Assembly: GCA_016783355.1 (NCBI GenBank)
Contig: JADHWR010000001.1
Location: forward strand, 6,072 to 70,071
DNA: 64,000 bases
Reading direction: 5' to 3'
Source of the DNA: Candidatus Omnitrophota bacterium
Lineage (GTDB): Bacteria > Omnitrophota > Gorgyraeia > Gygaellales > JAHJCI01
The position numbers and the translations under genes are program-made. Each line of letters opens with the position of its first letter. Position 1 is the stretch's first letter. The notes below the pieces were generated by a model, which worked only from the letters and a program-made list of their open reading frames with translations, ran no database searches and was not told the origin of the DNA. Below are positions 1-13,726 of this stretch, piece by piece.

Positions 1-61
1 CGCTAATCTCTACAACAGTCACCGGCAAGAACTTCCCACTCTCAGAATAAATATGCGTCAT
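1..61 (-). CDS. rplC: 50S ribosomal protein L3, N-terminal fragment; the gene runs off the window
   Basis: The minus-strand translation from the ATG at 59-61 reads MTHIYSESGKFLPVTVVEIS, matching the L3 N-terminal motif (D)G..PVTV(I/V)E. Its position downstream of rpsJ matches S10-operon order. Confidence 0.55.
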   Translation of the reverse strand, partial: MTHIYSESGKFLPVTVVEIS

Positions 62-92
62 CCCTAATTTTTTCCCCGATAAGTCTGGCATT

Positions 93-392
93 TTATTTAA
101 TCTCTACATCCACCCCTGCCGACAGATTCAATTTTCTTAATGCATCGATTGTTCTGGCTGTCGGTTCTAAAATCTCTAAAAGCCTTTTATGCACGCATAA
201 CTGAAATTGCTCGCGCGATTTTTTATCAATAACCGGCGAGCGTAAAACCGTATAAATCTCTCTCTTTGTCGGAAGAGGAATCGGCCCAACCAAGTTTGCG
301 CCAGAGCTCTGGACAGTAGCGATAATATCCTTTACCGCCTGATCCAAAAGACGATAATCATAGGCCTTTAGCTTAATGCGTATCTTTTGCAT
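93..392 (-). CDS. rpsJ: 30S ribosomal protein S10
   Basis: A 99 aa ORF reading [18 protein letters not shown]..., typical of S10, placed immediately downstream of tuf. Confidence 0.95.
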   Translation of the reverse strand: MQKIRIKLKAYDYRLLDQAVKDIIATVQSSGANLVGPIPLPTKREIYTVLRSPVIDKKSREQFQLCVHKRLLEILEPTARTIDALRKLNLSAGVDVEIK

Positions 393-435
393 TTACCCTC
401 GTTTCACTCGGGAGAAACCAGACTCTGGTTACTAT

Positions 436-1638
436 TTATAGAGCAACTTCAGAAACTACACCTGCACCGACAGTACGTCCGCCTTCACGAATAGCAAAGC
501 GCGATTCTTTCTCCATAGCAATCGGTATAATCAGCTCTATCTCTAAGCTGACATTATCTCCGGGCATAACCATCTCTACGCCATCAGGTAACTTTGCTAT
601 TCCGGTAACATCGGTGGTGCGGAAATAAAACTGTGGACGATAACCGCTGAAGAACGGCGTATGTCTTCCTCCCTCTTCCTTGGTTAAAATATATACCTCT
701 GCTTTAAATTTAGTATGTGGAGTAATTGAACCAGGATGTGCAATGACCATTCCGCGCTCCAGGGCTTTTTTCTCCACGCCTCTCAGAAGCAGTCCAACAT
801 TATCCCCTGCTTGTGCCTCATCAAGAATCTTTCTAAACATCTCCACGCCTGTAACAACAGACTTAAATGGCTCGGCTCGTAATCCAACAATCTCTATCTC
901 GCTGCCAGTCTTTACCCTGCCACGCTCAACCCTGCCTGTGCCAACAGTTCCCCGGCCCTCAATGGAAAAAACATCCTCCACTGCCATCAGAAATGGTTTG
1001 TCCAATTGACGAACAGGCATAGGAATAAAATCATCTACAGTCTTCATTAACTCTAAAATTGGCGCACATTTGGGACAGTCATCTTTGGCACAACCACAGC
1101 TCATCGCGTTTAAAGCACTCCCCTTTACAATTGGAATTTTATCCCCGGGAAAATTATATTTAGTCAGCAGCTCCCTAACTTCCATCTCTACCAATTCAAT
1201 CAATTCCTTATCCTCAACCGTATCTACCTTATTTAGAAACACAACTATTGCCGGAACATTTACCTGGCGCGCCAGAAGAATATGTTCACGTGTCTGAGGC
1301 ATCGGTCCATCAGCAGCAGAAACCACAAGGATTGCTCCATCCATCTGTGCAGCGCCGGTAATCATATTCTTAATGTAGTCGGCATGTCCCGGACAGTCAA
1401 TGTGAGCGTAATGCCGATTTTCTGTCTGATATTCAACGTGGGCGATATTAATTGTTACTCCTCTTTCTTTTTCCTCAGGTGCATTATCAATCGAATCAAA
1501 TGTCCTTACGGATGCCAATCCCTTTTTATTGAGCACCATCGTCATTGCTGAAGTCAATGTCGTCTTTCCATGATCAACATGACCAATGGTCCCAATATTT
1601 AAATGTGGCTTTGTCCGGATAAACTTTTCTTTTGCCAT
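436..1638 (-). CDS. tuf: Elongation factor Tu
   Basis: A 400 aa ORF with [10 protein letters not shown] and DCPGHADY motifs and EF-Tu domain 2/3 sequence. Confidence 0.97.
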   Translation of the reverse strand: MAKEKFIRTKPHLNIGTIGHVDHGKTTLTSAMTMVLNKKGLASVRTFDSIDNAPEEKERGVTINIAHVEYQTENRHYAHIDCPGHADYIKNMITGAAQMDGAILVVSAADGPMPQTREHILLARQVNVPAIVVFLNKVDTVEDKELIELVEMEVRELLTKYNFPGDKIPIVKGSALNAMSCGCAKDDCPKCAPILELMKTVDDFIPMPVRQLDKPFLMAVEDVFSIEGRGTVGTGRVERGRVKTGSEIEIVGLRAEPFKSVVTGVEMFRKILDEAQAGDNVGLLLRGVEKKALERGMVIAHPGSITPHTKFKAEVYILTKEEGGRHTPFFSGYRPQFYFRTTDVTGIAKLPDGVEMVMPGDNVSLEIELIIPIAMEKESRFAIREGGRTVGAGVVSEVAL

Positions 1639-1650
1639 TATTTACCTCCT

Positions 1651-3729
1651 TTATCCAGAAACCTCTGTTTTTCTTCCAATAATCTTCTCTGCTATATATG
1701 AAGGCACCTGCGCATAATGCGAGGGCTCCATTGTATAAGAACCGCGACCTGTCGTCAAGGATCTTAGTGTGGTTGCGTAGTCAAAGATCTCTGCCAGAGG
1801 AGTAAAAACGTTAATTATTCTCAAATTCTTCCGTTGATGAAGAGCATTGATTCTCGCTCGCCGACTATTCAAATCTCCAATTACCACACCCATAGATTCC
1901 TCAGGAACAACAATCTCCATATCCATAATCGGTTCTAAGAGTATAGGCCCTGCCTTCTTTATTCCGTCACAAAAGGCAAGACTTGCTGCCATTTGAAAAG
2001 CTAAGTCAGAAGAATCCACCTCATGAGAAGAGCCATCCATTAATGTCACGACCACATCTATCACCGGGAAACCTGCAAGTGCTCCGCTTTTCGCTGCAGA
2101 CATTATTCCTTCTTTGACTGAAGAAATAAACTCCCGCGGTATTGCTCCACCCTTCATTTTATTAACAAAACTCAATCCCGCTCCCGGGGTCTCTTGCGGC
2201 TCCATTTCTATCACCACATGGCCATACTGGCCCCGACCGCCGGTTTGCTGAATAAACTTACCAGTAGAGACCACCTTTTTCGTAATTGTCTCCCGATAAG
2301 AAACAAAGGGCCGGCCCATCCTGGTTTCAACATTAAACTCGCGCAATAACCGCTCAGCCATAATCTCTAAGTGAAGTTGACCCATTCCTGAAATTAGTGT
2401 CTGGCCAGTATCTTCATTGTGAGTTAATATGAAGGTTGGGTCTTCGTCTTGTAATTTTCGTAAAACCAAACCTAATTTATCCTGTTCATCCTTTTTTACG
2501 GGCTCTATACTCATCGATATAACCGGTTGAGGAAAACGAATCTTCTCCAAAAGAATCGGTGCCTCTTTTTCACAAAGGCTATTTCCTGTTCGTGTCTCCT
2601 TTAAGCCGACTAATACACCAATGTCTCCCGCCTGCAACTCCTCTACAACCTCCTGGCGATTGGCATGCATACGAACAATCTTGCTTACCCTTTCCTTTGT
2701 TCTTTGCGTAGCATTATAAATATAGGAACCAGTAGATACTCTTCCAGAATAGACGCGCACAAAGTGTAATTTTCCGACATAAGAATCAATCATTACCTTA
2801 AAACACAAAGCGCAAAAAGGTGCATCAGTCGAGGCCACCCTCTCTTCATAATCATCAGTCCGAGGCTGTATTCCTTTTACTGGCGGGACCTCTAATGGAG
2901 AAGGAAGATACTCGCAGATTGCATTTAACAAAGGTGCTATCCCTTTATTTTGTAGAGAGGAACCGCAGAGGACCGGCACAAATTTATTTTTAACTATTGT
3001 ACGCCGCAACGCTTTCTTAATCTCATCCTTTTTTATAGGTTTATTATGAATAAATTTATCCATAATTATATCGTCTGCTTCTGCCAAATGCTCAATAAGA
3101 ATTGTGTGGTACCGATTGGCCTCTTCTCTTATATCTTGAGGAATAGGCTGCTGTTTTTCTTCTTTACTCGATTCATCTCCATAGACAATCAATTTCTCTT
3201 CCAATAAATCAATGATGCCTTTAAATTCATTCTCCTTGCCATAAGGCAACTGAATGGGGGCTATATTCGCTCCTAACCTGCTCTGCATCTGTTTAATCAC
3301 AGCAAAAAAATCTGCCCCGGTTCTGTCCATCTTATTGACAAAGGCAATACGTGCAACTTCATATTTATCTGCCTGGCGCCAGACAGTCTCTGATTGCGGC
3401 TCAACTCCGCCCACGGCACAAAAAACAACCACACATCCATCAAGAATCTTTAAAGACCTTTCCACTTCAGCAGTAAAATCAACATGTCCGGGTGTATCAA
3501 TAATGTTTATCCGATGATTAACCCATTGACAAGTCGTTGCCGCAGCAGTAATCGTAATACCCCGTTCCTGTTCTTGCTCCATCCAATCCATTACTGCTGT
3601 ACCCTCATTAACCTCTCCTAACTTATAAGTCCTTCCTGTAATATACAGAATACGCTCTGTAGTTGTTGTCTTGCCTGCGTCGATGTGGGCAATCAGACCA
3701 ATATTGCGAATATTCTTTAGTTTATGCAT
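1651..3729 (-). CDS. fusA: Elongation factor G
   Basis: A 692 aa ORF with [12 protein letters not shown] and DTPGHVDF GTPase motifs, sitting between rpsG and tuf. Confidence 0.97.
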   Translation of the reverse strand: MHKLKNIRNIGLIAHIDAGKTTTTERILYITGRTYKLGEVNEGTAVMDWMEQEQERGITITAAATTCQWVNHRINIIDTPGHVDFTAEVERSLKILDGCVVVFCAVGGVEPQSETVWRQADKYEVARIAFVNKMDRTGADFFAVIKQMQSRLGANIAPIQLPYGKENEFKGIIDLLEEKLIVYGDESSKEEKQQPIPQDIREEANRYHTILIEHLAEADDIIMDKFIHNKPIKKDEIKKALRRTIVKNKFVPVLCGSSLQNKGIAPLLNAICEYLPSPLEVPPVKGIQPRTDDYEERVASTDAPFCALCFKVMIDSYVGKLHFVRVYSGRVSTGSYIYNATQRTKERVSKIVRMHANRQEVVEELQAGDIGVLVGLKETRTGNSLCEKEAPILLEKIRFPQPVISMSIEPVKKDEQDKLGLVLRKLQDEDPTFILTHNEDTGQTLISGMGQLHLEIMAERLLREFNVETRMGRPFVSYRETITKKVVSTGKFIQQTGGRGQYGHVVIEMEPQETPGAGLSFVNKMKGGAIPREFISSVKEGIMSAAKSGALAGFPVIDVVVTLMDGSSHEVDSSDLAFQMAASLAFCDGIKKAGPILLEPIMDMEIVVPEESMGVVIGDLNSRRARINALHQRKNLRIINVFTPLAEIFDYATTLRSLTTGRGSYTMEPSHYAQVPSYIAEKIIGRKTEVSG

Positions 3730-3733
3730 TTAT

Positions 3734-4204
3734 TTACCATTTAAAATGGGCAAATGCCCGATTTGCCTCAGCCATCTTATGCAAATCGTCTCGCTTTTTA
3801 ATCACTGCCCCTTCTCCCCGGAAACTTGCTACTATTTCATCAGCCAGCTTCTCTTGCATTGACTTTCCCTTTCTTCCCCGCGCAATATTTCTCATCCAAC
3901 GCAAGGCTAAAACAATACCCCTCTCCCTCCTTACCTCTGTGGGTACCTGGTAAGTAGCGCCTCCAATGCGACGAGACTTAACTTCTAATCGTGGACGAGT
4001 ATTATCTAAGACCTTAGAAAAAATCTTTAAAGCATCTGATTCGCCAAGGCGCTCTTTTGCCAACTCAAAGGCACCATAGACAATACGTTGGGCAGTGGAT
4101 TTTTTGCCATCAAGCATAACCATATTGATAAATTTACTTACTACCTTATTCTTGAACCTTGGGTCTAATTGAATTTTCTTCTCTGGTACTCTTCGCCTTC
4201 TCAT
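3734..4204 (-). CDS. rpsG: 30S ribosomal protein S7
   Basis: A 156 aa ORF with S7 family sequence (..[10 protein letters not shown]..) following rpsL. Confidence 0.95.
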   Translation of the reverse strand: MRRRRVPEKKIQLDPRFKNKVVSKFINMVMLDGKKSTAQRIVYGAFELAKERLGESDALKIFSKVLDNTRPRLEVKSRRIGGATYQVPTEVRRERGIVLALRWMRNIARGRKGKSMQEKLADEIVASFRGEGAVIKKRDDLHKMAEANRAFAHFKW

Positions 4205-4572
4205 TTCGGCCTCTTTGCCCCATACTTGGAGCGTGACCTCATCCTCTTCTCCACCCCTGCTGTATCTGATGTCCCACGAATAATATGATAGCGCACGCCG
4301 GGTAAATCCTTAACCCGGCCGCCTCTAATCAAAACAATAGAATGTTCTTGTAAATTATGACCCTCGCCAGGTATATATGCCGTAATCTCCATGCCTGAAG
4401 TTAACCGCACACGTGCAATTTTGCGCAAAGCAGAATTTGGCTTTTTGGGAGTCATTGTACGTACCTGCACACATACACCCCGCCTTTGCGGACATCGGCC
4501 CAATGCGGGGGATTTGGTTTTTTTCGTCTTTCTCTTCCTTCCCAATCTGATTAGCTGTACAATTGTAGGCAT
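4201..4572 (-). CDS. rpsL: 30S ribosomal protein S12
   Basis: A 123 aa ORF reading MPTIVQLIR...[10 protein letters not shown], the canonical S12 sequence. Confidence 0.96.
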   Translation of the reverse strand: MPTIVQLIRLGRKRKTKKTKSPALGRCPQRRGVCVQVRTMTPKKPNSALRKIARVRLTSGMEITAYIPGEGHNLQEHSIVLIRGGRVKDLPGVRYHIIRGTSDTAGVEKRMRSRSKYGAKRPK

Positions 4573-4579
4573 AATTTTA

Positions 4580-7500
4580 CTAAGTTACCTTTTCCATCTG
4601 CGCCTCTCGATGTGCAATAAAGCCGGTTCCTGCAGGAATTAAATGTCCAACAATCACATTTTCCTTCAATCCATATAAAACATCCCGTGCACCACGAGAA
4701 GCAGCATCGGTCAAAACCCGTGTTGTCTCCTGGAAGCTTGCTGCAGAAATAAAGCTATCTGTGCTCAATGATGCCCTGGTAATACCTTGCAACTGTGGTG
4801 TGGCTGAAGCAGGAGTGCCGCCCTTTTTCATCACACGCTCATTCTCGGTTTTAAATCTCAATTTATCCACTAATTCTCCAGGTAAAAATTCTGTATCTCC
4901 AGAGTCTTCTATACGCACTTTCTTCAGAATCTGTCGAATAATCAATTCAACGTGCTTATCACTAATCTGCACCCCTTGTAAACGATAGACTTCCTGAATC
5001 TCATTCAAAAGATACTCTGCAAGTCTTTTGTCTCCACAAATACGCAAGATTTCCTGAAGCACAACTGGTCCATCTGTAAGCTGGTCGCCGGCGCTGACGC
5101 GGTCCCCTTTATAAACGTTGGGGTGCTTACCATGGGGCATAATATACTCACGCTCCATGCCTGTCGGTGAACGGACAATAATTATTCGTTCGCCTTTCTT
5201 GCCTTCTCCAAATTCTACAAATCCATCAATCTCACTAATTATTGCCGGATTCTTTGGTCGGCGTATCTCAAATAATTCGGCAACGCGCGGCAGACCTCCT
5301 GTAATATCATGGGTTTTGGCAATGATGCGTGGGGTCTTCGCTAAACAGGCTCCTGCATTAATCTGCTCGGTATCCTTAACTAAAACATGGGCGCCTACGG
5401 GGAGCGGATAAAGACTGAGCACATCTTCTTTCTCATCTAAAATAACAATCTGAGGATGATATTCTTGTTTATGCTCCATCACTACTCGCTCAGTAACCTT
5501 GGTTACAGGATTAAACTCATCCTCAATACTAACTCCTGGAATTAAATCCTCAAATCTAACCCGGCCAGCTACTTCTGTCAAAATCGGAGAGTTATAAGGA
5601 TCCCAATGGACAAAAGCCATTCCCTTCTCAGTCAAAGTCTTATCAGCAAAAGCAACCAGCCCTCCATAGGGTACGGTATAACGTTCAAGTTCCCGGCCTT
5701 CCTGATCATTAATACTAATTACGCCATTACGATTAAGCACAAGAAATTCTTTGCCCACCCTTACTATTTTTAAGTTATGGTAGGTTAATATGCCTTTGTT
5801 TCTTGATTTTATCGAAGAGCGCTCAATCACACGAGAAGCTGTTCCGCCAATATGAAATGTGCGCATAGTAAGTTGTGTGCCGGGTTCGCCGATACTCTGA
5901 GCAGCAATTATTCCTACTGCCTCGCCTAATTCAACCTGCTTTCCCCGGGCAAGGTCCCGGCCATAACAGGTGGCGCAAATCCCCCTTTCTGCCTCGCAGA
6001 TAAGAACACTGCGTATCCTTATCTTCTCAATACCTAAACGCTCAATAATATCTGCCTTCTCTTCAGTAATCTCTTTGCCTGCCTCAACAATAACCTCATC
6101 AGTAATAATATCAACAATGTTATCGAGGGCAGTCCTTCCCACGATACGCTCGCGAAGAGGTATAACCACCTCATCTCCTTCAATAAGTGCGCTAACTGTA
6201 ATTCCATTAAGTGTACCGCAATCCTTCCTGGTTACAATTATATCCTGAGCAACATCTACCAATCGGCGAGTAAGATATCCTGCATCAGCTGTCTTTAGGG
6301 CTGTATCAGCGAGTCCTTTTCTTGCGCCATGTGTGGAGATAAAATATTCAAGAACGGTTAAACCCTCACGAAAATTTGCTGTAATAGGAGTTTCGATAAT
6401 CTCGCCTGATGGTTTTGCCATCAATCCACGCATTCCGCAAAGCTGCCTCACCTGCAGGCGCGAACCTCTTGCACCAGAATCAGCCATCATAAAGATTGGG
6501 TTAAAGGGTGTCATTTGCGAAAAGAGATAGTCAGTAACCCTATCTGTAGCATGTGTCCAGATATCAACAACACGATTAGATTTTTCTCTCTCTGTAATTA
6601 TGCCGTCTTTATAAAGCGTATCTACTTTGTCAACCTCGTTCTGTGCCTTCTTTATAACCTCTGCTTTTTGTGAGGGAATATGCAAATCCCCAATGGCAAT
6701 CGTGATACCCCCTAAGGTGGCAAATTCAAAGCCTTGTTCTTTTATTTCATCTAACAACTGAATTGTTCGTGCGTGACCAAAGCGTTTGTAGCATTCATCG
6801 ATTATATCGGCAACCAAGAATCTATTTAATTCCCTATTTACAAATCCAAAACCCTCCGGCAGCACTTGATTGAAGATGATTCTTCCCACTGTTGTTGTAA
6901 TTAGCCCTGTTGAGTCTTTAGCCTTTCTCTCATCCAGATCATATACCTTATTGACTTTCGTCTTTATCAATTCATGTAGGTCAATTATCTTATCGTTGTA
7001 CGCAGAGAGTGCCGCCGCAGGCGTGCTAAAGATTAAATCCTTTATCTTGCCGGCAGAGCCTTGCTTGGTAAAATAATTGCAACCCAGAATGATATCCTGT
7101 GTAGGCGATGTAATCGGCCGGCCATTGGCAGGAGAAAACATATTATTAATCGAAAGCATTAAAAGCTTTGCCTCCATCTGTGATTCCAACGACAGGGGGA
7201 CATGCACAGCCATCTGGTCACCATCAAAATCAGCATTAAAAGCGGCACATACCAAGGGATGGATCTTGATTGCCTTGCCCTCAATAAGTCTTGGTTGAAA
7301 TGCCTGCATACTTAAACGATGCAAGGTTGGTGCGCGATTCAAAAGCACGGGATGGTCACTTACAACTTCCTCGAGAATATCCCAAACCTCAACCTTTCCC
7401 CGCTCAACCATTCGGCGTGCCCCCTTAATTGTATGAACAAAGCCTTTCTGGCATAACCTCTTAATAATAAATGGCTCAAATAACTCAACCGCCATCTGCT

Positions 7501-10500
7501 TGGGAAGACCGCACTCTTGCATTTTCAGTTTTGGCTCAACAACAATTACCGAACGACCAGAGTAATCTACACGTTTACCTAAAAGATTCTGCCTGAAACG
7601 ACCCTGCTTTCCTTTAAGCATATCCGCAAGGGATTTTAGGGGTCGATTATTCGCCGTCAAGACTGCGCGGCCATGTCTTCCGTTATCAAAAAGCGCATCC
7701 ACTGCCTCTTGAAGCATTCTTTTTTCATTGCGAATAATAATATCCGGAGAATTTAACTCAATCAGTTTTTTTAGACGGTTGTTGCGATTAATCACCTGAC
7801 GATATAAATCATTCAAATCAGAAGTAGCAAATCTACCGCCATCTAAAGGAACCAGAGGCCTTAGGTCTGGCGGTATAACAGGAAGAACCTCCAAAACCAT
7901 CCATTCAGGCTTGTTGCCTGACTTTTTATAATCCTCGACAAACTTAAGATTTTTTAATAACTTTCGACGAGAAAGATTATCTTTAGACTGAGCGAGGGTT
8001 TTTTTCATTCTGGCAATCAGCTCATCTAAATCTGCTTCCTTCAATAAATCCTGAATTGCCCCTGCTCCAATTTTAGAGACAAAACCTTTATGTTTTTGTC
8101 GTGCTTGTGTATTTTCCTCTTCTGGAAGAAGTTGGCCCCTTTTATACGGCGAATCGCCTGGCTCGCTCACAACGTATGCCTCATAATAAATTATCTTTTC
8201 CAACTCACGCAGCCCCAAACCCAATATGGCCGAAAGCCTGCCGGAGACAACCTTAAAAAACCAGACATGTGTTACGGGTGCGGCTAATTCTATCTGTCCC
8301 ATGCGCTGACGGCGCACCATCGAATGCGCCACGGTTACGCCGCAACGGTCACAGGTAATTCCCTTAAACTTTATACCCTTATATTTGCCGCAGTGACACT
8401 CCCAGTCCTTCGCTGGCCCAAAAATCCTTTCGCAAAAGAGTCCATCTTTTTCCGGCTTAAGCGTACGATAATTAATTGTTTCTGCCTTTCTCACCTCGCC
8501 GCTTGACCAGCTGCGAATAACCTGTGGCGAGGCGATCTTTATACCTAAACTTTCAAATTGATTTGGGTTCTCCTCCCTTAGCTCCTGCTTTTCTATACGA
8601 ATATCAAGACATAAAGCTTGTAATTCTTTCATCAATACATGAAATGACTCGGGAATTCCGGGAAAAATCCTTTGTTCTCCTTTGACAATTGCCTCGTAAA
8701 TTTTTGTCCGGCCGCTAACATCGTCGCTTTTCACGGTAAGCATCTCTTGTAAAATAAAGGCAGCGCCATAGGCCTCTAAAGCCCAAACCTCCATCTCTCC
8801 TAAGCGCTGACCCCCAAACTGTGCCTTTCCTCCTAAAGGCTGCTGAGTAACTAAAGAATAGGGGCCTATAGAGCGGGCATGAATCTTCTCCTCAACAAGA
8901 TGAATCAACTTCATCATATAAATATATCCCACAGAGATATTTTGGGCAAAGGGCTCGCCTGTATAGCCGTCAAAGAGTGTAATTTTACTATCCTCAGGTA
9001 GCCGTGCTTCTTTAAGCATTTGCCTTATTTCTTCCTCGCTTGCTCCATCAAATACAGGAGAGGCAACTTTTATACCCAGACTATGCGCTGCCCAACCAAG
9101 ATGAGTCTCTAAAATCTGGCCGACATTCATGCGCGAAGGAACGCCTAAAGGATTTAAAACAATCTCGACTGGTTCCCCCGATGGCAAAAAGGGCATATCT
9201 TCTTCTGGTAAAATTCTTGCAACTATCCCCTTATTGCCATGACGGCCGGATAACTTATCTCCCTCTTGAAGCCTGTGCTTTGTAGCAATATAGACGATAA
9301 CCTGCTTAAGAACACCGCTCGGTAATTCATCGCCCCGACGCACTGCTTCAATCTCCTGCTTCATCTGAATATCCAATGCCTTGATCTGTTCTACATAAGG
9401 CTGGTTTATCTGGTTTGTTTCAGGATACGTACTTAAATCTAAGTCTGTTAATTCCTCTCTATCTACTTTTAAAACGTCGCACAGCCGCCTCATTCTTTCT
9501 TTATTAAGGAATTCCCTCTCTTCCTTATAATATTGTTTTATCTCCTTAATTCTTTTCTGCTGGCGCAACTTCTCTTCTTTAGACTTCCTCCCTCGCTCTC
9601 GACGACTAAATTCATCAATATGCACGACGATACCTTCGATACCGGGCGGAACAACTAACGAGGTATCGCGCACATCTTCAGCTTTTTTACCAAATATTGC
9701 GCGCAAGAGTCTCTCTTCCGCAGAAAGCTCTGATTCAGTGGTCGGTGTAACCTTGCCAACAAGAATATCCCCTGGCTCAGCCCAGGCGCCAATGCGCACA
9801 ATACCATTTTCGCCAAGACTAAGCAATGCCTCTTCGCTAACATTAGGAATATCCCGCGTAATCTCCTCGTTGCCTAAGCGCGTCTCTGTGGCTTCGATTT
9901 CCAACTTCTCGATATGAATAGAAGTAAAGGCATCTTCCTTGACTATCTTTTCAGAAATCAAGATTGCATCTTCAAAATTGTATCCTCGCCAGGGCATAAA
10001 GGCCACCAATAGGTTTCTGCCCAAAGCAAGTTCTCCATCTTGGGTTGCTATCCCATCGGCAATGATCTGACCTTCTTCTACAAAATCCCCTAACAAAACC
10101 AGCGGTCTTTGATTTATGCAAGTATCGGCATTGGTGCGCAGGAATTTCTTCAATCGATAAGTCTTTTTTCCAATGATGATTGTGGAGGCATCAACAAAGG
10201 TTACCTTGCCGGCCTCTTCGGCAATCACAACTGCACCAGAATCCTCTGCTATCTTCCTTTCCATCATTGTTCCTACAAGAGGTGCCTGCGGATTAAGCAG
10301 TGGCACTGCTTGACGCTGCATATTGGCTCCCATCAATGCGCGATTGGCATCATCGTGCTCTAAAAAAGGAATTAAGGAAGCGGATATCGAAATCAATTGC
10401 TTACAAGACACATCCATAAACTCCACCTTTTTGGCCGCAAGCTTGGGAAAATCAGCTTTAAAACGACAAGATACATCCTTCTCTAAAAGATGACCCCCCT

Positions 10501-11980
10501 TATCCAAGGCAGCATTAGCCTGCGCAATCACCTTTTGCTCATCCAGATCAGCAGTTAGGTATTCAATCTGCTTGGTTGCTTTTGCGTCTTTTACTTTGCG
10601 ATAAGGTGTCTCTAATAAACCGAGGGGGTTAATCCGGGCATATGTAGTCAAGGAAGTAATCAAGCCGATGTTTGGACCCTCGGGGGTTTCTATGGGACAG
10701 AGACGGCCATAATGTGAAGAATGTATATCTCTTACCTCAAAACTGGCGCGCTCGCGCGAGAGGCCACCCGGACCCAAAGCACTCAGCCGGCGTTTATGGG
10801 TTAACTCCGCTAATGGATTTACCTGATCCATAAACTGCGAGAGTTGACCGCGTGTAAAAAAATCATGGATTTGATTGGAAAAAATTTTGAAATTTATGAG
10901 ATGGTAAATGGTTAAGTCTTCTGTCTCGCCCATCAATGTCAATCTTTCTCGAATATTACGTTCAATTCGCGCAAGCCCAATGCGCACCTGATTCTGAGCT
11001 AATTCTGCTACAGTACGTACCCGCCGATTACCCAAATGGTCGATATCATCAATCTTTCCTTTTCCCTCTTTTAAACCGATAAGATAGTTAATAACCTTAA
11101 TTACTGTTTCGTAATCAAGAACTCTTTTATCCAGAGGGGTATCCATTCCTAATTTGCGGTTGAGGATAAATCTGCCGCAGCGACTGAGGTCATACCGGCG
11201 CACATCAAAAAATAAGCGGTAAAATAACTCGGCTGCTGCCTCGGGCGTAACCGGCTCACCCGGCCGCATCTTACGGAAAAAGTCTAATAGAGCTTCTTCT
11301 TTACTCTTTGTGTAATCCCTTTGCAGTGTATTGTTAATTACTGTATTATCTTTTCCAAAAAAACTTTGAATTTCTTCATCAGAGCTTAAACCTAATATAC
11401 GCAGGATCTGTGTGACGGGAAATGTCCGTCGACGATCAATAACTGCCAATATGGCTTCTGAAATATCATATTTAAATTCCAACCATGTTCCCCGATAAGG
11501 AATAATCCTTCCATAAAAAATGCGCTTTCCTGTTATATGCGTTTCCTCTTCAAAAGAAACACCGGGAGAACGATGAAGTTGAAAGATGACAACACGCTCA
11601 TCGCCATTAATAATAAAAGAGGCAGTAGGGGTCATCAAAGGAACCTCACCAAAAAACACATCCTGTTCTAATGTCCTGCTGGCAGAGATAAATCTAAATC
11701 TTACCCATAGTGGTGCAGCATAAGTCATTCCTCTTGTTTTACATTCCTCAATATCATATTTTGGATTACCCAATACATAATTGATAAACTCAAGCCGTAT
11801 GTGCCGGCTCGGTGTTTCAATAGGAAAGAAATTAAGAAACTCTTCCTGTAATCCTGAGCATCGCCTCTCTGAAAAAGGAACATCTTTTTGCAAAAAATCC
11901 TTATAGGCCTTGAGCTGATGCCTCAGAAGATTGGGTACTGAATATACTTCCTTTAGTTTTGCAAAACTCTTTCTCTTCAA
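4580..11980 (-). CDS. rpoBC: DNA-directed RNA polymerase beta-beta' fusion (RpoB-RpoC in one continuous 2466-codon ORF)
   Basis: The N-terminal ~1150 aa are RpoB and end ...[20 protein letters not shown]. The RpoC N-terminus follows with no intervening stop (...[41 protein letters not shown]...), and the ORF ends with the RpoC C-terminus. Confidence 0.9.
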   Translation of the reverse strand: MKRKSFAKLKEVYSVPNLLRHQLKAYKDFLQKDVPFSERRCSGLQEEFLNFFPIETPSRHIRLEFINYVLGNPKYDIEECKTRGMTYAAPLWVRFRFISASRTLEQDVFFGEVPLMTPTASFIINGDERVVIFQLHRSPGVSFEEETHITGKRIFYGRIIPYRGTWLEFKYDISEAILAVIDRRRTFPVTQILRILGLSSDEEIQSFFGKDNTVINNTLQRDYTKSKEEALLDFFRKMRPGEPVTPEAAAELFYRLFFDVRRYDLSRCGRFILNRKLGMDTPLDKRVLDYETVIKVINYLIGLKEGKGKIDDIDHLGNRRVRTVAELAQNQVRIGLARIERNIRERLTLMGETEDLTIYHLINFKIFSNQIHDFFTRGQLSQFMDQVNPLAELTHKRRLSALGPGGLSRERASFEVRDIHSSHYGRLCPIETPEGPNIGLITSLTTYARINPLGLLETPYRKVKDAKATKQIEYLTADLDEQKVIAQANAALDKGGHLLEKDVSCRFKADFPKLAAKKVEFMDVSCKQLISISASLIPFLEHDDANRALMGANMQRQAVPLLNPQAPLVGTMMERKIAEDSGAVVIAEEAGKVTFVDASTIIIGKKTYRLKKFLRTNADTCINQRPLVLLGDFVEEGQIIADGIATQDGELALGRNLLVAFMPWRGYNFEDAILISEKIVKEDAFTSIHIEKLEIEATETRLGNEEITRDIPNVSEEALLSLGENGIVRIGAWAEPGDILVGKVTPTTESELSAEERLLRAIFGKKAEDVRDTSLVVPPGIEGIVVHIDEFSRRERGRKSKEEKLRQQKRIKEIKQYYKEEREFLNKERMRRLCDVLKVDREELTDLDLSTYPETNQINQPYVEQIKALDIQMKQEIEAVRRGDELPSGVLKQVIVYIATKHRLQEGDKLSGRHGNKGIVARILPEEDMPFLPSGEPVEIVLNPLGVPSRMNVGQILETHLGWAAHSLGIKVASPVFDGASEEEIRQMLKEARLPEDSKITLFDGYTGEPFAQNISVGYIYMMKLIHLVEEKIHARSIGPYSLVTQQPLGGKAQFGGQRLGEMEVWALEAYGAAFILQEMLTVKSDDVSGRTKIYEAIVKGEQRIFPGIPESFHVLMKELQALCLDIRIEKQELREENPNQFESLGIKIASPQVIRSWSSGEVRKAETINYRTLKPEKDGLFCERIFGPAKDWECHCGKYKGIKFKGITCDRCGVTVAHSMVRRQRMGQIELAAPVTHVWFFKVVSGRLSAILGLGLRELEKIIYYEAYVVSEPGDSPYKRGQLLPEEENTQARQKHKGFVSKIGAGAIQDLLKEADLDELIARMKKTLAQSKDNLSRRKLLKNLKFVEDYKKSGNKPEWMVLEVLPVIPPDLRPLVPLDGGRFATSDLNDLYRQVINRNNRLKKLIELNSPDIIIRNEKRMLQEAVDALFDNGRHGRAVLTANNRPLKSLADMLKGKQGRFRQNLLGKRVDYSGRSVIVVEPKLKMQECGLPKQMAVELFEPFIIKRLCQKGFVHTIKGARRMVERGKVEVWDILEEVVSDHPVLLNRAPTLHRLSMQAFQPRLIEGKAIKIHPLVCAAFNADFDGDQMAVHVPLSLESQMEAKLLMLSINNMFSPANGRPITSPTQDIILGCNYFTKQGSAGKIKDLIFSTPAAALSAYNDKIIDLHELIKTKVNKVYDLDERKAKDSTGLITTTVGRIIFNQVLPEGFGFVNRELNRFLVADIIDECYKRFGHARTIQLLDEIKEQGFEFATLGGITIAIGDLHIPSQKAEVIKKAQNEVDKVDTLYKDGIITEREKSNRVVDIWTHATDRVTDYLFSQMTPFNPIFMMADSGARGSRLQVRQLCGMRGLMAKPSGEIIETPITANFREGLTVLEYFISTHGARKGLADTALKTADAGYLTRRLVDVAQDIIVTRKDCGTLNGITVSALIEGDEVVIPLRERIVGRTALDNIVDIITDEVIVEAGKEITEEKADIIERLGIEKIRIRSVLICEAERGICATCYGRDLARGKQVELGEAVGIIAAQSIGEPGTQLTMRTFHIGGTASRVIERSSIKSRNKGILTYHNLKIVRVGKEFLVLNRNGVISINDQEGRELERYTVPYGGLVAFADKTLTEKGMAFVHWDPYNSPILTEVAGRVRFEDLIPGVSIEDEFNPVTKVTERVVMEHKQEYHPQIVILDEKEDVLSLYPLPVGAHVLVKDTEQINAGACLAKTPRIIAKTHDITGGLPRVAELFEIRRPKNPAIISEIDGFVEFGEGKKGERIIIVRSPTGMEREYIMPHGKHPNVYKGDRVSAGDQLTDGPVVLQEILRICGDKRLAEYLLNEIQEVYRLQGVQISDKHVELIIRQILKKVRIEDSGDTEFLPGELVDKLRFKTENERVMKKGGTPASATPQLQGITRASLSTDSFISAASFQETTRVLTDAASRGARDVLYGLKENVIVGHLIPAGTGFIAHREAQMEKVT

Positions 11981-11993
11981 CTTATGTCCTCAC

Positions 11994-12383
11994 TTATTTC
12001 AATTCTACGGTTGCTCCTGTTGCTTCTAATTTCTTCTTTAATTCCTCTGCTTCTTCTTTGGATACGTCCTCTTTTATTGGTTTAGGCGCAGAATCCACTA
12101 AATCCTTAGCCTCCTTCAGGCCAAGACTGGTTACCGCACGAACCTCTTTTATGACAGATATCTTATTGCTGCCTACACTGCTCAATACTACTGTAAATGT
12201 TGTCTTCTCTTCCTCTGCCGCAGCGCCTGCAGTAGTTGCTGCACCAGTATCTGCTGCGCCTGCAACAAGAGGGATATTTCCTGATACACCGAATTTCTCC
12301 TCCAGTGCCTTTACCAACTCGGAAAGCTCTAAAACACTCATTCCTCCAATTGATTCCATCAACTCTTCTACTTTTGTGGCCAT
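11994..12383 (-). CDS. rplL: 50S ribosomal protein L7/L12
   Basis: A 129 aa ORF reading [33 protein letters not shown] with an Ala-rich hinge and L12 C-terminal domain. Confidence 0.95.
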   Translation of the reverse strand: MATKVEELMESIGGMSVLELSELVKALEEKFGVSGNIPLVAGAADTGAATTAGAAAEEEKTTFTVVLSSVGSNKISVIKEVRAVTSLGLKEAKDLVDSAPKPIKEDVSKEEAEELKKKLEATGATVELK

Positions 12384-12397
12384 TTTTTACCCCCTTT

Positions 12398-12494
12398 AAT
12401 GAGTCCGCCAAAGTTCGTTGGCGGACGAATTAATCCCGCTGAGTGTGCCAAAATTATAAAATAGAATTTTGGCACATATTACGAAGCGGGATAA
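12398..12494 (-). ncRNA. Structured leader repeat, copy 1 of 3 (about 100 nt), directly upstream of the rplL ribosome-binding site
   Basis: Its AATGAGTCCGCCAAAGTTCGTTGGCGGACGAATT hairpin is identical to that in copies 2 and 3. A long nested hairpin follows (ATCCCGC...GCGGGAT enclosing GTGCCAAAATT...AATTTTGGCAC). The inner stem differs from copies 2 and 3 by compensatory changes. Confidence 0.6.
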
Positions 12495-12496
12495 GT

Positions 12497-13042
12497 TTAA
12501 CCCTTTACAGGTCTATGCTTCATTTTGATCTCTTTCAACACATAGACTAATTTACTCAATAATTGTCTTAAGCCGAACGCAAGCCCAAATATGGGCAGAT
12601 TTAGCCCCCCGGCTATACGGGCATAAAGAGAAGCTAAAGATGGGACCAAAGAAAGAGAATTTAAATCCTCTGCTGTGATAATTCTCTTTTTACTAATCAA
12701 CCATCCTCCCTTTATTTCCAAATTGCTGTTAACTTTCCTAAATTGCGAGATTATGTGCGAAACAGCAATAATGTCGAATTCTGTAAAAATCAAACCAATC
12801 GGCCCCTTGATTAAAGAAAGGAATTTATGCTCACAATCTCTCTCTTTTAAAATTCTGCGCAAAACAGAATTCTTACTTACCAGAAAAGAGGCATCCGTTT
12901 TTCTTAATGACTTTCTTAAATCGTTTAAACCTGTGGCCTTCACGCCTGAATAATCAACAACAAAGAAGTTATCTGCTTTATCGAGTCTTTCGTTAATTGC
13001 CTTGGTTATCTCTTCTTTTATCAGTAGGCCTATCTTTTTCAT
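12497..13042 (-). CDS. rplJ: 50S ribosomal protein L10
   Basis: A 181 aa ORF with L10 family N-terminus, placed between rplA and rplL. Confidence 0.92.
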   Translation of the reverse strand: MKKIGLLIKEEITKAINERLDKADNFFVVDYSGVKATGLNDLRKSLRKTDASFLVSKNSVLRRILKERDCEHKFLSLIKGPIGLIFTEFDIIAVSHIISQFRKVNSNLEIKGGWLISKKRIITAEDLNSLSLVPSLASLYARIAGGLNLPIFGLAFGLRQLLSKLVYVLKEIKMKHRPVKG

Positions 13043-13045
13043 CTT

Positions 13046-13726
13046 TTAAATAATAATACTTAAGCCCGGATTCATTGTTGAGCTCAAAATTGCCCTCTTA
13101 ATAAATTTCACCCTTAGCCCCTCTGGTTGAGCAAGCTTCACTGCTTCAATTACAGAAGATATATTAGCCAGAAGTTTCTCTGGAGCAAAAGAAATTCTGC
13201 CAACAGACAAATGAATCCCGCTAAGTTTGTCAACTTTAAACTCAACCTTGCCCTTTTTTAATTCTTCGATGGCGCCAGCCACATTATTGGTAACAGTGCC
13301 TGTTTTTGGACTGGGCATAAGTCCGCGCGGACCGAGTATTTTTCCTAAGCGAGAAACAGTCTTCATCATTTCGGGCGTAGCAATAACACGCTCAAAATCC
13401 AGGAAGCCGGCAGCCACCTTCTGTATTAAATCTTCTGCCCCTACAAAATCTGCACCTTTATCCTTTGCTGCTGCTGCTTCTTCGCCTTTAGCAAAAACAG
13501 CAATTCTCACTTTTTTCCCTGTTCCATGCGGCAACAATACTGTGCCGCGAACCATCTGCTCTGACCTCTTTGGGTCAACGCCTAAATGCAAATGTAAATC
13601 CAGAGAGGTATCAAAATTTGCCTTTGTTACTTCTTTTAAAAGCGCAACAGCTTCCTTTAAAGAATACAATTTCTCTTTATCGATGAGCTTCTCTATTTCT
13701 TTGTATCTTCTACTGCGTCTTCTCAT
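13046..13726 (-). CDS. rplA: 50S ribosomal protein L1
   Basis: A 226 aa ORF with L1 family sequence following rplK. Confidence 0.93.
   Translation of the reverse strand: MRRRSRRYKEIEKLIDKEKLYSLKEAVALLKEVTKANFDTSLDLHLHLGVDPKRSEQMVRGTVLLPHGTGKKVRIAVFAKGEEAAAAKDKGADFVGAEDLIQKVAAGFLDFERVIATPEMMKTVSRLGKILGPRGLMPSPKTGTVTNNVAGAIEELKKGKVEFKVDKLSGIHLSVGRISFAPEKLLANISSVIEAVKLAQPEGLRVKFIKRAILSSTMNPGLSIII

Noticed and set aside
680-1551. Plus-strand ORFs of 75-109 aa inside tuf
   Set aside because: They are antisense to a strongly conserved EF-Tu coding sequence, with low-complexity Ser/Pro/Thr-rich translations. This is typical of spurious antisense ORFs.
4761-11980. Many 60-97 aa plus-strand ORFs inside rpoBC
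   Set aside because: All are embedded antisense in the RNA polymerase ORF. None has a recognizable motif or a ribosome-binding site.
11959-12433. ORFs of 146, 82 and 65 aa overlapping rplL on both strands
   Set aside because: These are alternative frames of the Ala-rich L7/L12 gene and of leader-repeat copy 1. The same-strand rplL reading is the conserved one.
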